53,034 bases of DNA from Candidatus Moranbacteria bacterium GW2011_GWA2_39_41 (GCA_000995125.1 LBXA01000002.1:1-53034), one strand, 5' to 3'; counted from the first letter of the stretch, positions 1 to 10,104 are shown. The notes: generated by a model not told the origin, from the sequence alone. Translations and numbers: made by a program.

Positions 1-118
1 ATGGAGATAGCCTTAATTGTTTAGCTATCTCCAAGATTAGATTTTAAATGATAAATCGACTAGGGCAATCATTAGATTTTGGATGAGTTACTGCGGGCAG
101 TTTTTCTATTTTTAAGTT

Positions 119-129
119 TGTGCTATAAT
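119..129 (+). promoter_or_regulatory. extended -10 promoter box TGTGCTATAAT upstream of the pilin gene
   Basis: TGnTATAAT lies 20 nt upstream of ATG 149. The same TG(T)GCTATAAT string recurs at 19761 and 33556. Confidence 0.45.
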
Positions 130-148
130 AATTGCAGAGAATAAAATT

Positions 149-637
149 ATGCAAAATAAAAAAAGAGCCTTAAATTTAGCCAGTAACCAGGGTTTCACTC
201 TGGTCGAGTTGCTTTTGGTAATTGGTATCATTGCCACTCTGGCGGTGGTGGTTTTTGTGGCGCTGGATCCGGCGAAGCGCTTTGCCGATGCGCGGAACGC
301 GCGGAGAACTTCCGATTTGGAAACGATTTTGAGCGCGGTGCATCAACATGTGATTGATAGCAAAGGTTCTTTTCCTGATGGACTTGATAATGTAGAGCGA
401 CAAATTGTGACATCATTGGACACTTGTGATATTGGCACTGGTGGGTGTGGAGCATCTGGCACAGTTGATTGTATTGATTTGCGAACACCATTGGAAAAAT
501 ATCTCAAGGCCATCCCATTTGATCCATCGGCTAGCATTGATCACTCACATTATACGATTATGAAAGATGTCAATGGAATTGTGACAGTGCGAGCTTGCGA
601 TGCGGAAGGAGAAACTGAAATTGTGGTTTCTCGCTAG
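149..637 (+). CDS. type IV pilin (prepilin N-terminal cleavage/methylation domain)
   Basis: The N-terminus has ...NQG|FTLVELLLVIGIIATLAVVVF, a class III signal peptide with a hydrophobic helix. Paired Cys residues occur in the C-terminal part. Confidence 0.85.
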   Translation: MQNKKRALNLASNQGFTLVELLLVIGIIATLAVVVFVALDPAKRFADARNARRTSDLETILSAVHQHVIDSKGSFPDGLDNVERQIVTSLDTCDIGTGGCGASGTVDCIDLRTPLEKYLKAIPFDPSASIDHSHYTIMKDVNGIVTVRACDAEGETEIVVSR

Positions 638-667
638 TCTTTGTCTTGAAAGCTCTATCTTCAATAT

Positions 668-707
668 AAAAAACACCAGCCAGCAGAAATGTTGCGCTGG
701 TTTTTTG
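668..707 (+). terminator. intrinsic terminator after the pilin gene
   Basis: An A-run is followed by stem ACCAGC...GCTGGT and then TTTTTT. Confidence 0.6.
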
Positions 708-798
708 TATATATTGAATTTGTGGTATAATGAAAATAATAAAATTTACTTTAAAATTCACCCAGCTAAATTATTTAACAGGGTAAAAAAATAAAAAA

Positions 799-1761
799 AT
801 GGAAAAAACAAAAAAAGAAGAAAAAGTAACAAAGACATCGATAGAGAAAATATTTAAAGATAAGAAAAAAATGGATTCCGGGGTTGTGAAAAAAAAAGCA
901 GTTAAAACTACTAGGGCTGTTGTGCGCAAGGAGGCAAAAGTGGAGCCGGAAGCTAAGAAAGTATATGTTGAACAGTCAGTCGCTACTGAAACTGCAAGTG
1001 AAGGGATTTTGGAAAAGGCAAAAATTTGGAAAAAGATCTTGCCGGCCGTGATTATCGTAGTGGTGATTGGCATATTGGGCGGAGCAGGATATTATTTTTA
1101 TCATAAATATAAGAAAGCTCCGGTAGCGGTCAATGAAAATGAAGATTTTACTATCAAGGTCGGAAAGATGATGGAATTGCCGAATGAAGCAGTGACGCTT
1201 GCTACCGTCACAGACAAGGAAAAGTTGAAAGATCAGCCATTTTTTGCCAACAGCGAGAACGGAGACAAGGCTTTGATCTATACGCAGGCGAAAAAGGCAA
1301 TCCTATATCGTCCAAGCACGAATAAAATTATTGAAGTAATGTATCTTTCGATTAGTCAGAATGCTACAACTTCTGAGGTTCCTGTGGCTGAAAATTCGGC
1401 GCAAAATGCAACTTCCGCTCCAGAGCAAACTCAAACAGCGCTTGTGGACAATTCAACCGCGCAGGAACAAGTTGCAACAGAGCCAGTCAAAGTGGTGGTG
1501 TATAATGGCACAAACACGAAAGGGATGGCGGCTAATATGGCGGACAAAATTTCAGTTATTGAAGGTGTGACTATCGCTGAGAAAACTAATGCGGTCGGAG
1601 CATATACAACGACAATTGTGGTCAATTTGAACGGCAAAGATGAGGCAGCACAAAAAATTGCTGAGGCTGTCGGTGGACAAGTGACGAAAGACTTGCCAGA
1701 CGGGGAGAAGTCTCCGGAAGCTGATATTCTGGTGATTGTGGGGAGTGATTTTGTGAAATAA
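799..1761 (+). CDS. membrane-anchored LytR_C domain protein
   Basis: Lys-rich N-terminus and one TM helix (ILPAVIIVVVIGILGGAGYYF). The C-terminal VVVYNGTNTKGMAANMADKI...AQKIAEAVGG resembles the LytR C-terminal domain. Confidence 0.65.
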   Translation: MEKTKKEEKVTKTSIEKIFKDKKKMDSGVVKKKAVKTTRAVVRKEAKVEPEAKKVYVEQSVATETASEGILEKAKIWKKILPAVIIVVVIGILGGAGYYFYHKYKKAPVAVNENEDFTIKVGKMMELPNEAVTLATVTDKEKLKDQPFFANSENGDKALIYTQAKKAILYRPSTNKIIEVMYLSISQNATTSEVPVAENSAQNATSAPEQTQTALVDNSTAQEQVATEPVKVVVYNGTNTKGMAANMADKISVIEGVTIAEKTNAVGAYTTTIVVNLNGKDEAAQKIAEAVGGQVTKDLPDGEKSPEADILVIVGSDFVK

Positions 1762-1805
1762 AATAGTAGCAAATAACTAGTCTATTTAATAGGATAAGTA
1801 AAAAA

Positions 1806-2651
1806 ATGGAAAAATCAAACAAAAGCATCATTGTGATTATCGTGGCGACAATTCTGATTACAACAGCTGGTCTGTGGTGGTATTCAAGCCGATCCACTAC
1901 CACTATCACTACTGTTGTTACTAAAGAAAAGGCAGTCTATAATATCGCTGGCTCTGGGTCAGCCGGTTTTGTGTTGAATTTTTGGACAAAAAAGTTTGAA
2001 GAACAAAATTCACAGATAAAAATGGAATTTTTGTCATCATCCGACGCTACCATCGCCTATGTTGGAGTGGCAGAAAGAACTGTTGATTTGGGTGTCGCAT
2101 CACGATTGCCCAAGCCAACAGAAGAAAATGCATCTCTGGAGATAACACCGTTTGCTAAAGACGCGATCGTTTTGGCTGTGAATAATTCCGTGCTTGGCGT
2201 TACGAATCTTTCTAAAGAAGAAATCGCTGGAATTTGGTCGGGAAAAATTGTAAATTGGAATCAAGTGGGAGGACCAAATGCTAAAATCGTTGTGATCGAT
2301 CGAGAAGAAGATGAATCAGCCAAGAAAAAATTACGCGAATTGTATATCGGAAATGATGCGGTAGCTTCAGACGCGATTGAAGTTCATTCAGAAAAAGATG
2401 TTTTTAGTGCGATTAATTCAACTAAAAATAGCATCGGGATGCTTTCTTATGCTCGAGTTAAGGGCAATTCAAATTTGTTGACTTTGAAATTGGATGGACT
2501 GGGGATCACCGATGTGGATTCAGGTGCCTATCCATATGTCAGAACACTGTATGTTGTGACAAGGAAGGATAGCCCAGAAGGAATCAAAAAATTTGTGGAT
2601 TTTGTGAAAAATTCAAATTTGCATGAAACATTTGGTTGCTTCAAGCCATAA
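1806..2651 (+). CDS. PstS-like periplasmic phosphate-binding (PBP-like 2) protein, N-terminal anchor
   Basis: TM anchor, then the GSGSAGF segment and the YPYVRTLYVVT motif typical of PstS-family binding proteins. No pstCAB genes are nearby. Confidence 0.65.
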   Translation: MEKSNKSIIVIIVATILITTAGLWWYSSRSTTTITTVVTKEKAVYNIAGSGSAGFVLNFWTKKFEEQNSQIKMEFLSSSDATIAYVGVAERTVDLGVASRLPKPTEENASLEITPFAKDAIVLAVNNSVLGVTNLSKEEIAGIWSGKIVNWNQVGGPNAKIVVIDREEDESAKKKLRELYIGNDAVASDAIEVHSEKDVFSAINSTKNSIGMLSYARVKGNSNLLTLKLDGLGITDVDSGAYPYVRTLYVVTRKDSPEGIKKFVDFVKNSNLHETFGCFKP

Positions 2652-2681
2652 TTAAAATAGCGCTTTAATCTTATCTATCAA

Positions 2682-5480
2682 ATGGATAATGAAGAAATTT
2701 TAACTGAAAATTCATCTGATTCGCAGAACATATTTAACAAAATATGGGTTAAGTTGACTGTCCGGAGTTTTATCTTCGTGGTTTTGAGTGTGTCTTTCCT
2801 GATGTCATTTAGTTATTTTGTTGTATCCAATTGGAATTTTGCTAGGTCAGTTGATCAAAATATGCAAAAAAACCTAGAGGATTTTATTGTGGATGGTCAG
2901 GGAGTTTTTTCTCGAACTATTGACGAGTTTGCGGTCGCAGCTGAACTGATTGCGCGCAATAAAATAATTCAAGCTTCAGTGAATGATGTAAATATTTCCG
3001 AGGATGCGATAACGCTTATTACGAAGCAAAAAATTGACTTTCTTTTTGAGGAGGCTTTTCTTCTGACAGGAGCTGGACAAGTGCTTTTCAGTGACACTCA
3101 AGACGAGACTTTCCTAGAAAATATTGATTTCCAACAAGCCATTGAAAGGAGTCATAACCTCAAAGTTAGACAAGCTGTAATCGTTGATTCGCCATTCTAT
3201 CAAAAACCAGTGTTGTTTATTTTATATCCCGTGGTTGGTTCTGACAAGCACGGTTTAGTTGCTTTTGGTAGGGTGATGGATGAAGAATTTCTAAAGAGAC
3301 TCTTCCCAGCTGAATATAGAGGAGTTTTTATAGTTACTAAAAAGGGAAAGGTTGGGGCTGCAAACATATTTGACATGTCTATGCGTCATTTGTTTGAAAA
3401 TGAAAGTCAGGATTTATTGTCTGCAGGAGATAATAAACAGCTTGGAAGCATAAAAACCATTGATGCGGATAATTTTAAGGGTATGATATCAATAGCGCCG
3501 ATACTCCAATCATCATTTTTGGTTGGAAACATTGGATTTTTCTTGGATGGAAGTGATTTTTTTGCAGTGCAGAAAAATTCGATTATGGTGAGTGTGATAG
3601 TTATTGTTTTTGTAGGCTTATTATTTTTTATTACATTGATATTTATGGATAGGCTTATAATAAAGCCGATTGTTAGCTTAGCAGAAGGCTTTTCTAGAGT
3701 TGAAGGTAGTGATTTGTCAGTGCAACTCGTGCCTTTTGGATTAGTTGATTTAAGAGGTATTCTAAATGGATTCAATAAGGCAATATATAAAGTTGCGAAG
3801 AGGGATAATGAATTGAGTGACGCCGTAGAGGTTCTAAATCAAAAAAATGAAGAGATGACCAAAAGCAAATCAGCCATGATGAATATTTTAGAAGATGTGG
3901 CACAATCAGAACATGAGCTTGCTCAAAAAACTACTGATTTGGAAAAATTTCAGCAAGCGGCGGATGCGAGTTTTGATCAAATTACAATTTCTGATACCAA
4001 TAGAATTATTTTGTATATCAATAGCGCCGGAGAAGGAATAACTGGTTATTCAAAAGAGGAGTCAATCGGAAAAAATCCTGAAAATCTCTGGGGTGGTCAA
4101 ATGTCAGCGGAATTTTATGCGGACATGTTTCGGATAACTGAGGTGGAAAAAGCACCTTTTGCTGGAGAAATCACGAATAAACGTAAAGATGGACAGAACT
4201 ACTTGGCGAGTATTCGTGTTTCTCCAATTTTAGATAAAAAGGGGGATGTAAAGTTTTTCGTTGGAGTTGAACGTGACATCACGGAAGAGCGAGAAGCGCA
4301 AGTGCAAGTTATTCGTCACGCGGCAGATTTGCAAAAAGCCAACATTGCCGTTGAAAAACAGAAAGAAAGCGCGGAAGGAATTTTGAGATTTTTGAAATCA
4401 ATCGGAGATGGCGTGGTGGCAACGGATATGGATGGAAAGATAATTTTTTTCAATGAAGCGGCGGAAAAACTCACTGGGGCTACAAATGAGAAAGCAGTTG
4501 GCAATTATGCCTGGGAAACACTTTGGTATTTTAAGGAAAATGATCCAGAAAATCAAATCAAGGTTATTAGAAAGTTTTTGGTTGGTGAAAGAAATATTAA
4601 TCAAGTTAGTGACAGAATGATGTTGAAGCGACAGGATGATTCTGTTGTTGATATCGCTTTTACGATTTCATTCATTTATGATAAAAACAAGGTGAAGCAG
4701 GGTTGTATCTTGGTTATGCGAGACGTGACGGAAGAGCGAGAAGTGGAGAAAGCTAAAGATAATTTTCTTTCGGTGGCAGCCCATCAATTGCGCACCCCGC
4801 TGTCTGGTATTCGTTGGAGCTTGGAGATGCTTTTGGGCGATGATGTCGGGAAATTGCCAGATGAGGCGCATGAGGTGGTGGAAAATATCAATGAAAACAC
4901 GATGCGCTTGATAAATTTGGTTAATGACCTTTTGAATGTTTCACGCATCAATATGGGCAAGGTTGTGGAGGAAGCTAGTCCAGTGACTGTGGTGGAAACA
5001 ATTTCGGCAGTTTTGAAGAGCGGTGATGGATTTGTGGCTAAAAACAAGGTTAAAATTATTTTTGATAAGAGTAAAAATGCTAAAATAAAAGTTCTTATCA
5101 GCCCACAACATCTCTTTGAATCAATAGAAAACATTGTTTCTAACGCGATAAAATATACTCCAGAACAGGGAACGGTTGAAATTTCTGTTGCTAGCAAGGC
5201 CAAGATGGTTAAAATTGCAATAGCTGATTCAGGTATTGGCATCCCGAAGAAAGAACAGGAAAAAATGTTTTCTAAGTTTTTCCGAGCGCAAAATGCCATT
5301 CAGAAGGATCCAGATGGTTCCGGCTTGGGGTTAAGTGTGGTAAAATCATTTATAGAAGAAGCTGGTGGAACAGTGTTCTTCGAAAGTGAGGAGGGCAAAG
5401 GAACAACATTTTTCATAGAGTTGCCAATTTACCCCCACACCAATTCTGAAGACAAAAAATCCCCTATGCTCACCAAGTAA
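2682..5480 (+). CDS. sensor histidine kinase (extracytoplasmic sensor, HAMP, two PAS, HisKA, HATPase_c)
   Basis: Two TM segments flank a sensor domain of about 250 aa. H-box is SVAAHQLRTPLSGI. N/G boxes are NAIKYTP and DSGIGIP...GSGLGLS. PAS-like segments contain ...ERDITEERE and ...MRDVTEERE. Confidence 0.9.
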   Translation: MDNEEILTENSSDSQNIFNKIWVKLTVRSFIFVVLSVSFLMSFSYFVVSNWNFARSVDQNMQKNLEDFIVDGQGVFSRTIDEFAVAAELIARNKIIQASVNDVNISEDAITLITKQKIDFLFEEAFLLTGAGQVLFSDTQDETFLENIDFQQAIERSHNLKVRQAVIVDSPFYQKPVLFILYPVVGSDKHGLVAFGRVMDEEFLKRLFPAEYRGVFIVTKKGKVGAANIFDMSMRHLFENESQDLLSAGDNKQLGSIKTIDADNFKGMISIAPILQSSFLVGNIGFFLDGSDFFAVQKNSIMVSVIVIVFVGLLFFITLIFMDRLIIKPIVSLAEGFSRVEGSDLSVQLVPFGLVDLRGILNGFNKAIYKVAKRDNELSDAVEVLNQKNEEMTKSKSAMMNILEDVAQSEHELAQKTTDLEKFQQAADASFDQITISDTNRIILYINSAGEGITGYSKEESIGKNPENLWGGQMSAEFYADMFRITEVEKAPFAGEITNKRKDGQNYLASIRVSPILDKKGDVKFFVGVERDITEEREAQVQVIRHAADLQKANIAVEKQKESAEGILRFLKSIGDGVVATDMDGKIIFFNEAAEKLTGATNEKAVGNYAWETLWYFKENDPENQIKVIRKFLVGERNINQVSDRMMLKRQDDSVVDIAFTISFIYDKNKVKQGCILVMRDVTEEREVEKAKDNFLSVAAHQLRTPLSGIRWSLEMLLGDDVGKLPDEAHEVVENINENTMRLINLVNDLLNVSRINMGKVVEEASPVTVVETISAVLKSGDGFVAKNKVKIIFDKSKNAKIKVLISPQHLFESIENIVSNAIKYTPEQGTVEISVASKAKMVKIAIADSGIGIPKKEQEKMFSKFFRAQNAIQKDPDGSGLGLSVVKSFIEEAGGTVFFESEEGKGTTFFIELPIYPHTNSEDKKSPMLTK

Positions 5481-5535
5481 ATTGATGTGGGGGTGTATAA
5501 GGAAAGCAAATAAATTTATATCTGAAAATAATAAT

Positions 5536-5910
5536 ATGAGCAAAGCACCAATTATTTTAATTGCCGAGGATGATAAATTTCTCATAAAGGTTTATCAGAC
5601 AAAACTGACAAAAGAGGGTTTTCAGGTTGAGATTGCAACTAATGGAGAAGAAGCCTTGAAACTGGCGCGGGAAAAAAATCCTGATCTGATTTTTTGCGAT
5701 TTGATGATGCCGATTAAGGATGGTTTTGAGACGCTCAAAGAGTTGAAGGCTGATCCAAAGTTGAAAAAAATAAAGGTGATTATTCTCTCCAATCTAAGTC
5801 AAGAGGAGGATAAAAAACGGGTATTGGATTTGGGCGCAGAAGAATATATTGTTAAGGCTGATGTGCCATTCTCGGAAGTCATTGCTTTGGCAAAAAAATA
5901 TTTAAGCTAA
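5536..5910 (+). CDS. single-domain response regulator (receiver only)
   Basis: ILIAEDD...DLIFCDLMMPIKDG...KVIILSN matches a CheY-like receiver. There is no output domain. I chose the ATG at 5536 rather than the ORF-track TTG at 5482. Confidence 0.85.
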   Translation: MSKAPIILIAEDDKFLIKVYQTKLTKEGFQVEIATNGEEALKLAREKNPDLIFCDLMMPIKDGFETLKELKADPKLKKIKVIILSNLSQEEDKKRVLDLGAEEYIVKADVPFSEVIALAKKYLS

Positions 5911-5922
5911 GAAAAAAACAGC

Positions 5923-7620
5923 ATGGCTGATTTTAAAGATTTTTCCATAACTAAAACGGCGCTACTTGATTCAGGAACTGTCTCTGAGTCAGATTTTGCG
6001 CGAGCTGAAACATTAGCTGCGCAAGATAATATTGCATTCACGGAAGCAGTAGTGCGTCTTGAAATTCTTTCTGAAGAAGAAGTGACGCGAGTCATTGCTG
6101 ACGCACTAGGATTTCCGTATGTTGATCTTTCCAAGGAGACTGTCGCGCCAGAATTTCTGGCAGAAATTCCAGAAGTTGTGGCTCGCAAGAACCAAATTGT
6201 TCCATTCAAGAAAGATGCCGAAGGATTGCATCTGGCTATGGCTGATCCAATCAATTTAGAAATAAGCGATTTTATCGCGCGCAAAGAAGGAATGCCTGTG
6301 AAAGTGTATATGGCTACAGAACGGGACATTGAAAACACATTGGAGCGTTATGGCGGAGGACTTTCGGATGCGCTCAAGAAAACATTGGAGTTGGCAGAGA
6401 AAGCTGTTTCGGATGGAGGCGAACCGCCAATTGTGAATATTGTGCGCGACATCCTTTCTTTTGCCTATCAAAATCGCGCATCTGATGTGCATATCGAACC
6501 GCGTGAAGACATTGATTCGGTAATTAGATTTCGTATTGATGGAGTTTTGCATGATGTGGCCTTGCTTCCACAGTCTTTGCATAATCAAGTCATTTCTCGT
6601 ATCAAGGTTTTGGCACGTTTGCAAACCGATGAACATCAAAAACCGCAAGATGGAAAAATTGAATTTCCAATTGAACGGGAAAAAGTGGATGTGCGTGTTT
6701 CGCTGGTGCCAATTATGGAGGGCGAGAAAGTGGTGATGCGTCTTTTGTCGGAAAGATCTCGCCGATTTTCTTTGGCTAATTTGGGAATGGATGAACAGGA
6801 TTTGAAAAAAATTCATGATGCCTATGAAAAACCCTACGGTATGGTTTTGGCAACTGGACCAACTGGTTGTGGCAAGACAACTTCGCTCTATACAATTCTG
6901 AAGATTTTGAATGAACGCAATGTTAATATTATGACCATCGAAGATCCGGTAGAATATGACCTCGAAGGAGTTAATCAAATTCAGGTGAATACGAAAGCTA
7001 ATTTAACTTTTGCGACAGGACTACGCAGTATTTTACGTCAAGATCCGAACATTATTTTGGTGGGAGAAATCCGAGACAAAGAAACGGCCAATATTGCAAT
7101 CAATCTGGCCATGACTGGACATCTTGTGCTTTCAACTTTGCATACCAATGATGCGGCGACGGCTATTCCGCGATTTGTTGATTTGGGAGTTGAGCCATTT
7201 TTGATCGCCTCAACGGTGAATAGTATTTTGGCGCAACGGTTGGTGCGTAAAATTCACAGTGGTTGTCGAGCTAGCGAAGAAATTTCGGCTGAGGATGTGG
7301 CAAATCGCGTAGGCTGGGAAGCAACACAAAAAGTTTTTGGTGTATCCAAAAAGGATGCGAAAAAGAAAAAAATTACATTGTATAGAGGGAAAGGTTGCGA
7401 GGCCTGTCGGGGAACTGGCTTTGAAGGACGTATCGGTATGTTTGAAGTTTTGGTGATGGATGATGAGATTAAAAAAGCAATTATGAAAAATCAAGAAGCC
7501 GGATCGATTGCTGAATTGGCTAAAAGCCGTGGGATGCGAACAATGTTGGAAGACGGACTGGAAAAGGTCAAGATTGGACTGACCACTCTGGACGAAGTTT
7601 TGGGAGCGACAAAAGCTTAG
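5923..7620 (+). CDS. pilB: type IV pilus assembly ATPase PilB (GspE family)
   Basis: T2SSE N-terminal domain, Walker A GPTGCGKTT, Asp/His boxes, and a tetracysteine motif CRAS...GKGCEACRGTG. Confidence 0.92.
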   Translation: MADFKDFSITKTALLDSGTVSESDFARAETLAAQDNIAFTEAVVRLEILSEEEVTRVIADALGFPYVDLSKETVAPEFLAEIPEVVARKNQIVPFKKDAEGLHLAMADPINLEISDFIARKEGMPVKVYMATERDIENTLERYGGGLSDALKKTLELAEKAVSDGGEPPIVNIVRDILSFAYQNRASDVHIEPREDIDSVIRFRIDGVLHDVALLPQSLHNQVISRIKVLARLQTDEHQKPQDGKIEFPIEREKVDVRVSLVPIMEGEKVVMRLLSERSRRFSLANLGMDEQDLKKIHDAYEKPYGMVLATGPTGCGKTTSLYTILKILNERNVNIMTIEDPVEYDLEGVNQIQVNTKANLTFATGLRSILRQDPNIILVGEIRDKETANIAINLAMTGHLVLSTLHTNDAATAIPRFVDLGVEPFLIASTVNSILAQRLVRKIHSGCRASEEISAEDVANRVGWEATQKVFGVSKKDAKKKKITLYRGKGCEACRGTGFEGRIGMFEVLVMDDEIKKAIMKNQEAGSIAELAKSRGMRTMLEDGLEKVKIGLTTLDEVLGATKA

Positions 7621-7651
7621 AAGTGAGTTAACTATTTTTTTAGAAAAATAT

Positions 7652-8002
7652 ATGTGTGATAAGATTTATGATGTAGATTTGACTGATGACGTTACGCCAC
7701 TAGAAGTGAGAGACGCGATGATAAGGTGTTTTGTGCAGGCTCACGCAGAAGTAATGCAGGAAATGAAGGAATATCATAAATTCGATTCAGAAGAAGAATT
7801 CAAAAAAATGGAGCAGATGAATGTGTCTGCGTTAATTAGATCCATTTTTGGAGACATTGGAGCTGATTTTGATAATCCTACCAAAGAAGATTTGGCTAAG
7901 GTGATGAATAAACTGGTCGATTACGCAGTTAACTTCAGGAATCCGGAGATAGTGAAGAAGCATTATGACGAAATGATGCTGTTATTCAATAAATTAAAAT
8001 AG
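7652..8002 (+). CDS. small acidic helical protein of unknown function inside the pilus operon
   Basis: 116-aa ORF with no motif I recognise. Its stop TAG (8000-8002) directly abuts the pilC ATG (8003). Confidence 0.55.
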   Translation: MCDKIYDVDLTDDVTPLEVRDAMIRCFVQAHAEVMQEMKEYHKFDSEEEFKKMEQMNVSALIRSIFGDIGADFDNPTKEDLAKVMNKLVDYAVNFRNPEIVKKHYDEMMLLFNKLK

Positions 8003-9058
8003 ATGCGCATATTTTCTTCATTTGGATTTGCAGAGAAACTTTTTTTTGCCAAACATTTGGCGACGCTTTTGAAGGGTGGAATTCCTTTGGCAGAAGCTTT
8101 GAAATTGCTTTCCGAGCAGGGCGGAAAAATTGGTCCAGTAGCTGGAGAAATTCTGAGTAGTGTGGAGAATGGCCAATCACTTTCAGCTTCTTTGGGTCGG
8201 CATCCAGATGAATTCGGAGCTTTTTATATCAGCCTAGTCGAAGTGGGCGAGGTTTCTGGAACATTGGAGAAGAGTTTGGAATTTCTAGCAGAAAAACTGG
8301 CACGCGAAGAGGCTTTACGGAAAAAAGTGCAAACGATGCTTTTTTATCCCTCAATTGTTTTGGCGGTTTCCGCGGTAGTGGGAGGTTTTGTGAGTTTTTT
8401 TGTCTTGCCAAAATTGGCTGGAATTTTCAGTTCATTTGATGTTGAATTGCCGATAGCCACGAGAATTTTGCTGACATTTGCTAATTTTGTCAAAGTGTAT
8501 GGTGTCGCAGTGATCGTTGCAATTGTGGCAGCTATGTCAATTTTAGGTGGAATAATCAAAATTTCCTATGCGGCAAAATTGTTTTGGCATCATTTGAAAT
8601 TTCACATCCCGTTTGTGGGCAAGGTAAATAAGAGCGCCGCATTGTCCTCGCTTTTTCGAGACTTGGGCGTGATGTTGCAAAGCGGATTGCCGTTGGAATA
8701 TGCGCTTCGAGTGGAAAGTGAAGTTGCAGAAAATTTAGTTATTCGAGAAAAAATCAAAGGTGTTCACGAAGCCGTTTCTGGTGGCAGTACCGTCGGAAAA
8801 GAATTGGCATCAGGCGAATATGAAATTTTTCCAACCCTAGTTTCTCGGATGATTTCGGTTGGGGAAAGTTCAGGCACTCTAGAGGGCACTTTCTTGTATC
8901 TGGCTGATTTTTTTGAGGATGAGACTGACGCAGAAGCCAAAAATGGCGCAGCCTTGCTTGAGCCATTGCTGTTGGTGTTTATTGCACTTGTGGCGGGTTT
9001 TGTGGCTCTGGCGGTTATTTTGCCAATCTATACACTGACTGGGTCAATCCATCGTTAA
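8003..9058 (+). CDS. pilC: type IV pilus platform protein PilC (GspF family)
   Basis: Two T2SSF-like repeats (LLKGGIPLAEAL and MLQSGLPLEYAL) and three TM segments. Confidence 0.9.
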   Translation: MRIFSSFGFAEKLFFAKHLATLLKGGIPLAEALKLLSEQGGKIGPVAGEILSSVENGQSLSASLGRHPDEFGAFYISLVEVGEVSGTLEKSLEFLAEKLAREEALRKKVQTMLFYPSIVLAVSAVVGGFVSFFVLPKLAGIFSSFDVELPIATRILLTFANFVKVYGVAVIVAIVAAMSILGGIIKISYAAKLFWHHLKFHIPFVGKVNKSAALSSLFRDLGVMLQSGLPLEYALRVESEVAENLVIREKIKGVHEAVSGGSTVGKELASGEYEIFPTLVSRMISVGESSGTLEGTFLYLADFFEDETDAEAKNGAALLEPLLLVFIALVAGFVALAVILPIYTLTGSIHR

Positions 9059-9075
9059 ACAACTTAGTATCTATT

Positions 9076-9501
9076 ATGAAAGGTTTCACGCTAATCGAAA
9101 TAATGCTAGTGATTGCTATTGTTTTGACAGTAGGCTTTTTATCATCAGCCTATCCATTGCGTTTGATTTCTCGAATGGCAATGCGTAATTCGTCAGATGA
9201 AGTCAGAGGCATGTTATGGAAAGCACAATCCTATGCTATGAGTGGTCGTCAACATTCGGCTTGGGGAGTGCATTATGAAAATTCGATAGTAGCTGTATTT
9301 AAGGGCAATGATTATAATAACCGAAATCAAAGTTTTGATGAAAAGATATCTATTGATGAGCGAGTTTCTATTGCAGGATTTCCAGATGCTATTTTTGTTG
9401 TTCCAGATGGCAGACCGCAAGCGCCAATTTCAAATATAACATTCACGTGTGATGATTTGACTGACACGCTCTCTTTGAACGCGGAAGGAGTAATCGAATA
9501 A
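9076..9501 (+). CDS. minor pilin / pseudopilin (prepilin N-terminal methylation motif)
   Basis: N-terminus is MKG|FTLIEIMLVIAIVLTV. Confidence 0.8.
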   Translation: MKGFTLIEIMLVIAIVLTVGFLSSAYPLRLISRMAMRNSSDEVRGMLWKAQSYAMSGRQHSAWGVHYENSIVAVFKGNDYNNRNQSFDEKISIDERVSIAGFPDAIFVVPDGRPQAPISNITFTCDDLTDTLSLNAEGVIE

Positions 9502-9503
9502 AA

Positions 9504-9628
9504 TTAGGACTTACGCGTTTGCCACTTTGCCTAGAGTGTTCCTAAAGCTAAGCTTTTCGAGAACGCCATTCCCATTCATAAAGCTTAGCTTTAGATAGGC
9601 TGCCAAGAAGCAAACGTGTAAGTCCTAA
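9504..9628. repeat. 125-nt nested inverted repeat (MITE-like or structured RNA) between two pseudopilin genes
   Basis: Outer 19-nt arms TTAGGACTTACGCGTTTGC and GCAAACGTGTAAGTCCTAA match 18/19. Inner 15-nt arms CTAAAGCTAAGCTTT (9542-9556) and AAAGCTTAGCTTTAG (9580-9594) are perfect. Confidence 0.7.
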
Positions 9629-9633
9629 AAATA

Positions 9634-10098
9634 ATGAAAAAAAAATTAAAAGCATTTTCGGTCATTGAACTTGTGCTGTCGGCAGCACTCTTTTCGATTT
9701 TTTCTGTTTCGATTACACTGGCAGTTTTGCAAGGTAGTAGTGCAATTCAAGCGGGAATTCGCAGTGAAATAGCTCGACAGTTTGCTATGGAAGGCATTGA
9801 GGCGACGCGAGCTGTGCGAGCGCAATCTTTTGACGCATTGCAAAACACTGCTAGCTCTGGCATCGAGTTTGTCGATGGAAAATGGGAATTGGCTGGAGAG
9901 CAAGATGAAAAGGACGGCTATGTACGAAGAATTTCTGTGCAATCAGCGGAGCGTGATTCGGAAGGAAATGTCGTCGCTTCTGGCGGAACTGAAGATCTGG
10001 ATTTGAAGCTAATTGTCGTAGCTGTCACTAAAGATAATTATTCTGTGGATTTCTCAACCTATGTATCTAGACGAGAAATTGTTTTAATTGAGCCATAA
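9634..10098 (+). CDS. pseudopilin-like protein
   Basis: N-terminus is MKKKLKA|FSVIELVLSAALFSIF, with Ala at -1 and a conserved Glu at +5. Confidence 0.7.
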   Translation: MKKKLKAFSVIELVLSAALFSIFSVSITLAVLQGSSAIQAGIRSEIARQFAMEGIEATRAVRAQSFDALQNTASSGIEFVDGKWELAGEQDEKDGYVRRISVQSAERDSEGNVVASGGTEDLDLKLIVVAVTKDNYSVDFSTYVSRREIVLIEP

Positions 10099-10104
10099 TT
10101 CAAA

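Noticed and set aside
3-32. Hairpin GGAGATAGC-N12-GCTATCTCC at the window edge as a terminator
   Set aside because: No T-run follows it, and the upstream context is cut off by the window boundary. It cannot be interpreted.
600-794. ORF 600-794 downstream of the pilin gene
   Set aside because: It crosses the pilin terminator hairpin and has no coding features.
6256-6978. Long antisense ORFs inside conserved genes (6256-6978, 4784-5299, 32370-32855, 51944-52459, 51396-51797, 5907-6338 and similar)
   Set aside because: Each lies entirely opposite a gene with clear family motifs and has no recognisable motifs of its own. They are typical shadow ORFs.
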